A stretch of 46,211 bases of DNA from a virus (Duplodnaviria > Caudoviricetes), in the IMG/VR virus record IMGVR_UViG_3300029142_000005, positions 1 through 46,211 of that record; one strand, given 5' to 3'. The notes under the pieces were generated by a model. It ran no database searches. It was not told the origin of the DNA and saw only the letters and a program-made list of their open reading frames with translations. Positions 37,539 through 45,698 of this stretch are shown piece after piece. The position numbers were made by a program, and so were the translations under genes. The stretch's first letter is position 1; each line of letters opens with the position of its first letter.

Positions 37539-38339
37539 TTACGAATAAGCGATAAGCTGCGCCATGTCCAGACCTTCATACAGAATATCGTCTAGACTAT
37601 CTCCGCAACATGCAATCAAAGCGTCTGCATCTTCTGCAAAGACCATAGCCATATAGTCTTTCTTGTCCATCATAGAGAACTGTTCGATAAGTCCTGCATA
37701 ATTCCCCTTGTTCTCAAATGCATAATCCCTAAGGGAGATCAGCATCCTCACCCACTGACATATGATTTGAGCTTCTGTTGGAGTACGAAGTGTTCTGACC
37801 TCCAGTGTACCGAACTTGCCCAGTGATTGAAAGTTCAATGCAGAGTATTTGTAGTTATTATCTCCCAAGCGTGTCAGGTCTTTCTTTGCCTTAGCGTTCA
37901 GGATGGCTTGAACATTGAAAGCGCCATCCTTATTCCTAAGACAGAATAGATTGCCCTCTCTATCTTCTCCGCACCACTTAACAAGAACATTCTCTACAAT
38001 CATATAGACTACAGCGAATGTGAGAATGTCATTCAATCCTTTGTGGCTAAAGTTCAGATGAACATGCACACCAGCCCTGTCGGAAGGATTGATAAGATGT
38101 CCAATCTTCTTATACAGATGGATAATCTTCTTCTCAACCATAGCGTAACTGCTCGGAGTCTTGAGAGCATACTCTACACCGTTCCCCCTAAGACTGCCAT
38201 CATGCCCCATGTTCCACCAAGAAACATTAGCGGGGAACTGTGCCCCACGTTTAGACTCTGCTTCAACCTCTACTCCAACTTCAGCAGCTGGGCGAGCTTT
38301 AGTTTCAAAGGCTTCTGCAACAGTGATTTCCTTAGCCAT
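37539..38339 (-). CDS. Putative amidoligase (Amidoligase_2, GS/GCS fold)
   Basis: VGVEVE, DGSLRG.GVEY, AGVHVHLN, YSALN, GTLEVR. Start MAKEI at 38339. Confidence 0.9.
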   Translation of the reverse strand: MAKEITVAEAFETKARPAAEVGVEVEAESKRGAQFPANVSWWNMGHDGSLRGNGVEYALKTPSSYAMVEKKIIHLYKKIGHLINPSDRAGVHVHLNFSHKGLNDILTFAVVYMIVENVLVKWCGEDREGNLFCLRNKDGAFNVQAILNAKAKKDLTRLGDNNYKYSALNFQSLGKFGTLEVRTLRTPTEAQIICQWVRMLISLRDYAFENKGNYAGLIEQFSMMDKKDYMAMVFAEDADALIACCGDSLDDILYEGLDMAQLIAYS

Positions 38340-38937
38340 ATCGCTTCTCTCCCATAACTTGATGCATATATAATTCTGTAAGGAACGCATACTTGTCCTT
38401 CATTTCTGGCTGCCCTGTAACAGTGACTCTCCCAACAGGCTCTGTGATAAACATGAAGTACAGGTTCCTCTTATAGTCCATACAGAACTGTCTGGAGATA
38501 GGTACACTGCCAATCTTGTCAGCCATATATTTCACAGCATCTATAACAGGCATGTAGTTACCTAGTACACAGTCAACCATAGGCTGACCGAAAAATGCGT
38601 GATCTGTGATACCCTCCATCGTTCCGCACGAACTGGTATTCCTCTTTGTCAGGCCAATCTTCCACTGACGAGTTGGCACCCTTTGGATATAGGCAGCTCG
38701 ACATTCTCGAGCATGAGCTTCAACCTTCATCATCCCTAGAGGAATAGATGTGAAGTCATGACGATCGTCTTCAAGATATACGTCAACTTCTTCATTGCTT
38801 CGGAGAGGAAGGAACCGCCCTCGCATATGTTTCCTATCAGCATCTGATACATAGAAAGGTAGGCCATCTACCCTCACAATAGATTTACTCAGATACATCC
38901 TTGCTGTATGGTTGTCATATAGGTCTCTACTTTTCAT
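38332..38937 (-). CDS. Hypothetical protein within the amidoligase cluster
   Basis: About 200 aa with 'QRVPTRQWKIGL', coupled to both ligase genes. Confidence 0.75.
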   Translation of the reverse strand: MKSRDLYDNHTARMYLSKSIVRVDGLPFYVSDADRKHMRGRFLPLRSNEEVDVYLEDDRHDFTSIPLGMMKVEAHARECRAAYIQRVPTRQWKIGLTKRNTSSCGTMEGITDHAFFGQPMVDCVLGNYMPVIDAVKYMADKIGSVPISRQFCMDYKRNLYFMFITEPVGRVTVTGQPEMKDKYAFLTELYMHQVMGEKRYG

Positions 38938-39832
38938 TGAAATACTCCTGCACAATAGCTTCCCAAGTACGAACAGCTGTGATAGGGAAATTTGCATTAT
39001 CCATAATTCTAAGGATAACCTGATACATATCCATCTTCGGAGACATCTGTCTGTTAATGATGTTCATGAATAAGTGAGGGCGGTTGTTATATTCGTCTAG
39101 GATATACCTTCTCCGCCAACAGTTTTTCATCAAAATCCCAACTATCACGCGTGATAGATAAGCAACCATCGTCCTGTACTCGTGTTTAAAAATCCACCAG
39201 TTAGATAGCGTCCTATACTCTACACCGTATGGCTTAGGACGAAAAGCCCCAGCCCTACCGTAAGTCAAAGACCTACGTTTATCAGGGACTTTCAAAGGTT
39301 CAAGAATACCAAGGAACATACCCATAATAGCAGCTACAAGAGCGCAGCTATCTATGTGAGCTATGTCGTGGATGTCTGCATCTTCTGTCCATCCGATATG
39401 AATGTGACCGCCAGCCCCTCTCACCCTTTCATATTGTTTAGGAGGGTTAACAACATGCTCTTTCATATAAGAATATGCAATTCTATCAGGCTCACATCCT
39501 AGAACTTTAGACTCAGGAGGAGCTTTGTCGTATGATCTGGGGGAGAACATGACAACAGACTGATCCATAGGCTCTAGTTCTTTAGGCACCATCTCGATCA
39601 ATTGATCCATTACATGCTGAATGGACTTAGAGAAAGTGCGAGGAGAAGTAGTGGCATCAATGTTAAACTCCAACGCCATGCCATCAACTTGCACAGCACC
39701 ATTCTTCACCTTAAACGGTTCACGCTTATCTCCAGGAACAAGTCCATGAGCGCAGAAAGGTGCCACCTTATTCCTTTTACGTTTGACAAACAGTTCAGGG
39801 TCAGCCCCGAGAGTGATCTTTGCCTTAGGCAT
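38927..39832 (-). CDS. phiEco32-like COOH-NH2 ligase type 2
   Basis: LGADPELF, DGMALEFN, GCEPD, GGHIHIG, YGRAGAFRPKPYGVEYRTLSN.W. Confidence 0.93.
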   Translation of the reverse strand: MPKAKITLGADPELFVKRKRNKVAPFCAHGLVPGDKREPFKVKNGAVQVDGMALEFNIDATTSPRTFSKSIQHVMDQLIEMVPKELEPMDQSVVMFSPRSYDKAPPESKVLGCEPDRIAYSYMKEHVVNPPKQYERVRGAGGHIHIGWTEDADIHDIAHIDSCALVAAIMGMFLGILEPLKVPDKRRSLTYGRAGAFRPKPYGVEYRTLSNWWIFKHEYRTMVAYLSRVIVGILMKNCWRRRYILDEYNNRPHLFMNIINRQMSPKMDMYQVILRIMDNANFPITAVRTWEAIVQEYFNEK

Positions 39833-40877
39833 TTACAACCTCCATGAGATTTTCAACATGTGCATTACTAGACAGGCAATCATCGCAGATACAAGCGGTA
39901 TCGTCAATGATTGCACAGTTTTCAAATGTGGCTTCTTCCCAACATGAAGCGCACACTGTATATCGAGAATTAAAGATCTTCTCAGTCATTCTTTCTTTCG
40001 GTCGGAATGGTTTGAAAATATCAAGTCCAAATTGAGTATCGGAAGATGTCTTCTGAGTTGTAACAGTCTTCTTCGCATTCGCATTGGCATCTTGGGTAGA
40101 AGCTGCATTCCTGTTTCCAAAATTTGTTCCCGGAAACCTTTGAAGATAGTTGGTTCCTCCCGTAGTCTTGATAAAAGGGACGTCTTCCTGACTCAGGGAT
40201 ACCTCCCCTGTTTTGCGATTGTACTTAGCAATCAGATGAGTGTTAACAGGAAGTTCCTTTACTTCCATCTCTTCACGATCCACTCCCATATGAAATGGAA
40301 TAGTTCTGGCCAACATCCACTCTTCACTAGCCCAAGCGAAGAAGCTTTTGTCTTTAGCAATAGCCAATACTAAAGGACGCTGACTATTCCTAACCAAATG
40401 GATAGACTTGTCCTTAGTATCCATCCAACACAAGGCAGCTGCTCCGCTCAACTCCAACCACGTATCTTTGATACCATTCTGAGATAGGTAGTCACAAATA
40501 CCTTCACTGTCTGTGTCGTATTCAAGCATCCCTTTCATTTTAGTGTTCAGCGTACCGTTGTGCATCAGGAGGATGTTGTTATGAAGGAACGGATGAGCGT
40601 TGTCTAGATTCACATCGCCAGCTGTTGCGTGACGATTATGTCCCATATATACGGTGATATCTTCTCGGTTCTCCCACACCGTATCTACATACCACTTAGA
40701 GGAAAAGACTTGAAGAGGGAGGAAAGTGCTTCTGTAGTAATCTACTACAGGATTACCTCGATCAACGACGACCCCGACACTGTCTTTACCCCTTCTGATG
40801 TCAGCACACAGCATATTCTCGAAGACAGTCAGCATATCTTCAGAAGGTTTCCCCATAATTCCTACCAGTCCACACAT
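39825..40877 (-). CDS. Class II (Ntn) glutamine amidotransferase with C-terminal CxxC/CxxC
   Basis: MCGLVG (Cys1 nucleophile; GGAGG SD supports ATG 40877), RGKDSVG, GHNRHAT, AHPF, HNGTL, TDSE. Confidence 0.93.
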   Translation of the reverse strand: MCGLVGIMGKPSEDMLTVFENMLCADIRRGKDSVGVVVDRGNPVVDYYRSTFLPLQVFSSKWYVDTVWENREDITVYMGHNRHATAGDVNLDNAHPFLHNNILLMHNGTLNTKMKGMLEYDTDSEGICDYLSQNGIKDTWLELSGAAALCWMDTKDKSIHLVRNSQRPLVLAIAKDKSFFAWASEEWMLARTIPFHMGVDREEMEVKELPVNTHLIAKYNRKTGEVSLSQEDVPFIKTTGGTNYLQRFPGTNFGNRNAASTQDANANAKKTVTTQKTSSDTQFGLDIFKPFRPKERMTEKIFNSRYTVCASCWEEATFENCAIIDDTACICDDCLSSNAHVENLMEVVNA

Positions 40878-40879
40878 GC

Positions 40880-41545
40880 TCACACCTCCATCAGAAGATT
40901 GACATAATCAAAGTATATGTTAGCCAGTGCTTCCTGATTTGGAAACTCTGGGTGCGGCTGAAAGCATAGAACTTTCTTGTCTGGGTACATAATAATCTCC
41001 ATGTCCTTATCTTTCGGAAGGAATTTACTGTGATCTATCTTGATATGAGAAATAGAGGTTACACCTGCTGCGTCTGTTGTAGACCTACGTGTAGTGCGTG
41101 CTGCTGTAGCACAGATCATAGCGTTAGGTCCAGGGATCATCATCTGATGATGCGTAGAGGTGACTACATACTTGATATCCTCTTTTCCGATAAAATGATC
41201 CACCACTTCATGTGATCCGATATGGCCATCTACATCCTGATACATACTGCCACCACACATTACGTTAAGAAACTGTCCACCTCGACAGATACCGGCCATA
41301 GGTGTGTATAGAGACGATCCCGCCATAAAGCACAGCAATTCATATGCGTCTCGTTTGGGATTGGTATGTGTCTTATTCATCTTGGTTTGACCATACAGGG
41401 CAGGAGTAACATCCTCTCCTCCTGTGAATTGAATGAGATCAGCTTGCCAGAGATTATCGCAAATCTCCCACTCGTTTTTCTGGAACATACGAGCATAAGG
41501 GCTTACCTTATTCGCACCGTTGTAGTCCACAATGAATACTTTCAT
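40880..41545 (-). CDS. Class I glutamine amidotransferase / peptidase C26-like (gamma-glutamyl hydrolase)
   Basis: FTGGEDV.P..Y, GICRGGQ, STHHQ, FQPHPE triad. Confidence 0.9.
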   Translation of the reverse strand: MKVFIVDYNGANKVSPYARMFQKNEWEICDNLWQADLIQFTGGEDVTPALYGQTKMNKTHTNPKRDAYELLCFMAGSSLYTPMAGICRGGQFLNVMCGGSMYQDVDGHIGSHEVVDHFIGKEDIKYVVTSTHHQMMIPGPNAMICATAARTTRRSTTDAAGVTSISHIKIDHSKFLPKDKDMEIIMYPDKKVLCFQPHPEFPNQEALANIYFDYVNLLMEV

Positions 41546-41546
41546 T

Positions 41547-42377
41547 TCATTTTTCCTCAATTTGCTTCAAGTAGTTGTCAATAGTTGCTACAGGGTCAAC
41601 AGATCTATATCCATCATCCTTCACACGTTGCCAACGACCATATACGTCCTTTAAAGGAACACCGAATGTGTTCACTCCCCCAGGAGCTTTTGCATTCATC
41701 AACATTGGCGTCATCTGACTCATCTCATCAGCCTCTCCCCCTGCCCAATATCTTGCATATTGTCGATAATGGCAGTCCTCACGCCATGTTGGCGCCTTAG
41801 GAGGATTGTGAGATAGCCAATTTCTCAAAGCCTTCTTTCCATACTGTGGCATAGATACATGATGGCCGTCTACATACACCATACGCCAATTTCTGTTTGA
41901 GAATTGCATGAAACAGGAGGCTATGAAGGCCCTGTCTTCTGTCATCATCTCCTTAAGTCTCAGAAAACCGGAAGGTTGATTGGGGTATTCGGTAGTGGCG
42001 CGAAGTGCTAACGCAGCAGTTACCATGAATGGTCCGGGCACATTCGTCGTCACTATGAATCCCTGTTTCAAAACAGTTTCAGGGTCTTTAATCACATGGG
42101 CAAGTGCCCAAGGAGACCTGTTGATGATGTAATCTACATAGTCTAGATGTGCGAGGTTGCGTGCGCTATATCCTCTAGCTGTCTCAATCGACACTAAATA
42201 TTCGGACTGCCGATATACATGAAGTTTTGTCAGTTCCAACCCAGCGTAACATGGTGCGTTGTTCCACTCCTGTAGAACTTCACCGTCACCTACGATAGAG
42301 AAATTTCCAATATCTGCATTTGGCTGATTTTCTCTTCGTTCTTTAAGGTGAGTTAGAGCGAATTCAATATTAGCCAT
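41547..42377 (-). CDS. Hypothetical protein within the amidoligase cluster
   Basis: About 276 aa, GGAG SD before MANIEF, coupled to the GGCT gene. Confidence 0.75.
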   Translation of the reverse strand: MANIEFALTHLKERRENQPNADIGNFSIVGDGEVLQEWNNAPCYAGLELTKLHVYRQSEYLVSIETARGYSARNLAHLDYVDYIINRSPWALAHVIKDPETVLKQGFIVTTNVPGPFMVTAALALRATTEYPNQPSGFLRLKEMMTEDRAFIASCFMQFSNRNWRMVYVDGHHVSMPQYGKKALRNWLSHNPPKAPTWREDCHYRQYARYWAGGEADEMSQMTPMLMNAKAPGGVNTFGVPLKDVYGRWQRVKDDGYRSVDPVATIDNYLKQIEEK

Positions 42378-42798
42378 TATCTTCTCCCATCCATTGATAA
42401 GTTCCCGGAGCATTTGTCTGTGGAGTGAAGCTCACTCTTTCAGACCTAAGATTAAGTCGGTTCTGATATTCCAATTTCACCTTCCAGTTACTCAGTTCAC
42501 TCGCTGGTGCAAACATATACATCCAGACATAAGCCTTCCATCCAATGTGTGTCTTAATCCTCCTGAATAGAGTGGGATGCCCTTCTACTGTATCTAGTTT
42601 GTGAAAGTTGTCTACAACCCACAACTCTCCCAGTATCCTATGCCTTCCGGGAACAGCAGCAGGATACTGCTGCATATCCATCATGGCAAATTTAGGAATA
42701 GTTAAACATTTGGGGAATACAAGTTTTCCTCCAGACTGTTCAACTGCTTCGTGCATAGGCATCCCTTCCATAAGGTTGCCATATACGAAGAGAAACAT
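42370..42798 (-). CDS. Gamma-glutamylcyclotransferase (AIG2-like)
   Basis: FVYGNL, YPA, GELWVV, LDTVEG, AYVWMY. Confidence 0.88.
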   Translation of the reverse strand: MFLFVYGNLMEGMPMHEAVEQSGGKLVFPKCLTIPKFAMMDMQQYPAAVPGRHRILGELWVVDNFHKLDTVEGHPTLFRRIKTHIGWKAYVWMYMFAPASELSNWKVKLEYQNRLNLRSERVSFTPQTNAPGTYQWMGEDNG

Positions 42799-42995
42799 CA
42801 GATAGGCTCCACTGTCATTACACCAGAGATTTCAGGAAATCCCATGATAGATGGGATAGTACGAGTGGCTACGTCGTGGAACTTGCCTTCCCAGTCTATC
42901 ACTGTAGCCATATATCCGTTACTCGTAGGTGTAACTGGCGTAGCTTCAGCGTGAATGTTCGGAATAAGTTCCTGTTGAATGCAGTATTTAGTCAT
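42798..42995 (-). CDS. Hypothetical protein
   Basis: 65 aa, AAGGA SD, TGATG overlap with the GGCT gene. Confidence 0.6.
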   Translation of the reverse strand: MTKYCIQQELIPNIHAEATPVTPTSNGYMATVIDWEGKFHDVATRTIPSIMGFPEISGVMTVEPI

Positions 42996-43117
42996 AGTAG
43001 TGTCCTTCTGTGTTGTGTTGTTAGGTCGTTGGTTCCGTAAACTAGATCACAGCCATTTACATCTGCTCATGTCGTCAGTCTCCTTGTTTTCGTCTTCAAG
43101 TTCTACAGCACAGACAG

Positions 43118-43300
43118 TTATGCTGCCGCTCCCTTCTCAATGTGGTAGCGGTAGGGCTTCTCGCTATCTACAACAACAATGCTGGGGATAGGGTTGGCCC
43201 TCCAGTCTTGATAGGCTTTCGTGTGCTGGAAAGGGCTCTTGCCTTTACGGCAATAGCTTCCAATACGTCCACGACGATGTTCAACAGCTTTACGCTTCAT
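43118..43300 (-). CDS. Small basic hypothetical protein
   Basis: GAGGAG SD before MKRKAVEHRRG (ATG 43300). The ORF track extends it to 43441. Confidence 0.6.
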   Translation of the reverse strand: MKRKAVEHRRGRIGSYCRKGKSPFQHTKAYQDWRANPIPSIVVVDSEKPYRYHIEKGAAA

Positions 43301-43433
43301 TAAGATAGCTCCTCTTAAGGTTACGGACAGCTTTACGATCACGAGAAGGCTTGCCTCGCTTACGCTTAGACTTAGGTATCCTGAACTTGCGAACAATTTC
43401 ATCATTATCAGAAATGATGTATTCCCTTGACAT
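43290..43433 (-). CDS. Small very basic protein (47 aa; not in ORF track)
   Basis: MSREYIISDNDEIVRKFRIPKSKRKRGKPSRDRKAVRNLKRSYLNEA*. Fills the gap and overlaps the next start. Confidence 0.55.
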   Translation of the reverse strand: MSREYIISDNDEIVRKFRIPKSKRKRGKPSRDRKAVRNLKRSYLNEA

Positions 43434-43446
43434 ACTTCCATTCACA

Positions 43447-43644
43447 TTACGCATTGCGTTCATGCTCCTCTTTCAGCTTCCTGATCCAAGCTTTGAATTC
43501 GTCTAGAGGTCTGCCTACAGAACATGCTTCAAATATGTTATACAAAGCATTTTCTTCTAGACACATGTCTACAAACTCTTCATAAGTGATATTCTCATAC
43601 CACTCATTCACAGCTCTTAGGATTGCTTTCTGTTTCTCATACAT
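43447..43644 (-). CDS. Hypothetical protein
   Basis: 65 aa, AGGA SD. Confidence 0.6.
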   Translation of the reverse strand: MYEKQKAILRAVNEWYENITYEEFVDMCLEENALYNIFEACSVGRPLDEFKAWIRKLKEEHERNA

Positions 43645-43648
43645 ATTC

Positions 43649-43834
43649 CTACTCCATCACGAAATTTTCACGTTCAACAAACTTAGGATCGCTCCTAAGC
43701 AGCCTATCGCGCTTAGTCATACGCTGACTACGCCAAGCGTTAGGCTTTCTCTGGCTTCTAGGTGTTGGATTGTCAAACACACTCCTTGCTCTGTAGGGAT
43801 GATCATTTGTGTAAAGGGGAATTGTTTTGCTCAT
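43649..43834 (-). CDS. Small basic hypothetical protein
   Basis: TGATG overlap with the glycosylase gene; Arg-rich. Confidence 0.55.
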   Translation of the reverse strand: MSKTIPLYTNDHPYRARSVFDNPTPRSQRKPNAWRSQRMTKRDRLLRSDPKFVERENFVME

Positions 43835-44325
43835 CAGACGTTCCACCATTTAGGAGCACCATTGCGCCACGTAGCCATGTAGGCTTTCTCCCGCTTGTAA
43901 TAGTTTCTATAAGAGTCTCTTACAGCTTGCCAAGTGCTTGCATATTCTACTTTACACTCATCAGGCATACAGAGCGGGGGAGGACGTACATCTGTACGAT
44001 TTTTATCATAAGGGAAATCCCTAAGCTTAGATAGCTGAATGGGATTGCATGAAGCATGGAGTCTGGAGTAGCGTCTAGCATATTCTTCTCCAAGCTCTAC
44101 AAGCAATCTCCACAACCAAGAATAATGATCCGCATTATCCCCAGCCCATTTGACACAAGGATGATTAGCATGAGTGGTCCTATACTGTCCCTCATAGACA
44201 ATTCCACCTTGACGCTGAACTGTGCTAAGTATCTGCCGGTACTCTACACACATCTTAACAACATGCTTGTCGCAATGGAAAGCAGCACATTCAGCAGGAT
44301 TAGCTGATAGGAAGAAGATGTTCAT
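43834..44325 (-). CDS. Pyrimidine-dimer DNA glycosylase (DenV/Pyr_excise-like)
   Basis: MNIFFL..P..CA..HCDKHVVKM..E..Q.LST, TH.NHPC..W, L..EY..RY...H, P.CMPDE, YRNYY. Confidence 0.85.
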   Translation of the reverse strand: MNIFFLSANPAECAAFHCDKHVVKMCVEYRQILSTVQRQGGIVYEGQYRTTHANHPCVKWAGDNADHYSWLWRLLVELGEEYARRYSRLHASCNPIQLSKLRDFPYDKNRTDVRPPPLCMPDECKVEYASTWQAVRDSYRNYYKREKAYMATWRNGAPKWWNV

Positions 44326-44507
44326 TTGAAGAACTCCCTCATTTCATCCATATGTTTCAGATGTTTCTTGGGGAAAGCTATAGCGCAACCTCCCCTAAGA
44401 AGCTCATAAGCTTCAGCAAGCTTTTCAGCATCACGTCTACACTCACATTCCCTGTAAGTGAGCTTCTCCATACTGCTGAAGCTTATCATGCACCAAGTCT
44501 CTCTCAT
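44322..44507 (-). CDS. Hypothetical protein
   Basis: 61 aa, ATGA overlaps on both sides. Confidence 0.6.
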   Translation of the reverse strand: MRETWCMISFSSMEKLTYRECECRRDAEKLAEAYELLRGGCAIAFPKKHLKHMDEMREFFK

Positions 44508-44689
44508 GCTTCCAGTTCCTTAGTGTTAACAGCTACGCAATGAGCATAGGGCTTCTCATCCATATACTCTACAATAGCCATAGCAGCATTGTATTCACAT
44601 GCCATAGGATTGGAATACATAGAGATTTCAGCGTTAACACGGCCTTCATGTACCGTGAGAACGTATAGGATGAAGATGATCTTAGACAT
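44504..44689 (-). CDS. Small protein with hydrophobic N-terminus; first gene of the early arm
   Basis: AAGGA SD; KIIFILYVLTV and two Cys. Confidence 0.6.
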   Translation of the reverse strand: MSKIIFILYVLTVHEGRVNAEISMYSNPMACEYNAAMAIVEYMDEKPYAHCVAVNTKELEA

Positions 44690-44895
44690 TGCTCATTCCT
44701 TTTATATTTGAGCTATTCAGGCTATAGCGGAAGCCAAACCTGCCCCCTTAATAAGCGATTTCCGAAATCCGGTCGATGTGACAAAACGACGCATGGAAAT
44801 CCACATATAGTATATATGCATTCGCGCACATGAGCAGGCGCGTTATAGCTCGCTATAGGTGCTAGAGTGGGCGTTTTCTGAATGAGAAGATGGTT

Positions 44896-45096
44896 GCATA
44901 TATCGCTTGTTCGCCAGTCGTGGCTTTCTTGAAGCTTGATTCTTATATCGCTTGTCATCCTGGCTATCTCCGTACAGCATCTATGCATATATCGCTTGTC
45001 ACAACGTCGTGCTTCGTTTCAGTATTCATTGCTATATCGCTTGTCGTGCTACGCCTGGAATCATCTATCGCTTGTGTCGTCCAGTCTATCGCTTGT
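44896..45096. repeat. Array of six TATCGCTTGT direct repeats
   Basis: Exact copies start at 44901, 44946, 44990, 45035, 45066 and 45087 (periods 45, 44, 45, 31, 21). Confidence 0.95.
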
Positions 45097-45274
45097 AATA
45101 CTCTATTTTCTCGTTATAGCTGTTCTAATTATAAAGCCTGGAGGTACGGTAAAGCTGCAGTCGTCAAGGCCTGGAGCACTATAGGTTGAACAGTGTTCAA
45201 AACGTTTTAGGGCTTAAAGTCCCGTAAGTGATTGAAATCATTAGAGAAAATTGGGTGCGACAGTTTGGCACATG

Positions 45275-45301
45275 TTGACAAGCGGCGAGTTGCCTTAGGT
45301 T
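45275..45301 (+). promoter_or_regulatory. Possible host sigma70 promoter
   Basis: Perfect TTGACA at 45275-45280 upstream of the lone + gene. The -10 is poor (TAGGTT at 15-nt spacing). Confidence 0.4.
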
Positions 45302-45349
45302 GGTCAGACCGATCGGATTGGCCGGTTGGGCAACATTGGAGACTAAGAC

Positions 45350-45643
45350 ATGACTACCAAGGCAAAACTCGATTGGAACATGGTGCCGGGTGCTGAGAAC
45401 GATTTTGAAAACTCGCCCAAGGTGGCGAAGCTTTGGAATGCCTACCGTTCCAAGCTTGAAGCCTTGCAGCACGCCAAGAGCAAGCTTCAGGATGAAATCA
45501 ATGGCCAGTTTGAAGCTGCCGGTTTGATCCCCGAGGGGAAGGAAATGGTTTTCAGCTATCGCTTCAAGGTTGGATATGCCTTCTCGGAACCCAAGGCTGA
45601 GAAGCCGGCCAAGAAGGTTGGAGCAGCGGTTGTCTTGAAGTAG
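45350..45643 (+). CDS. Hypothetical protein; stand-alone transcription unit
   Basis: GGAG SD, 97 aa, G/C-ending codons, Lys/Ala-rich tail, followed by a terminator. Confidence 0.85.
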   Translation: MTTKAKLDWNMVPGAENDFENSPKVAKLWNAYRSKLEALQHAKSKLQDEINGQFEAAGLIPEGKEMVFSYRFKVGYAFSEPKAEKPAKKVGAAVVLK

Positions 45644-45667
45644 CCTTCAACCAAAAACCAGTAAGGG

Positions 45668-45698
45668 AAGGGCGGTCCTAGTGGCCGCCCTTTCTTTT
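45668..45698 (+). terminator. Rho-independent terminator
   Basis: Stem AAGGGCGGTC / GGCCGCCCTT with loop CTAGT, followed by TCTTTT. Confidence 0.85.

Noticed and set aside
44896-45096. Canonical CRISPR or TIGR array
   Set aside because: Repeat is only 10-15 nt, spacing is irregular, spacers are partly related to each other, and no Cas or Nop-domain gene was recognised.
44722-45189. ORFs 44722-44988(-), 44890-45189(+) and 44936-45184(+) across the array
   Set aside because: No convincing SDs. Repeat periods of 44 and 31 break frame, so conservation is at the nucleotide level.
45264-45282. Sigma54 promoter (TGGCAC...)
   Set aside because: The -12 GC is absent at the required spacing.
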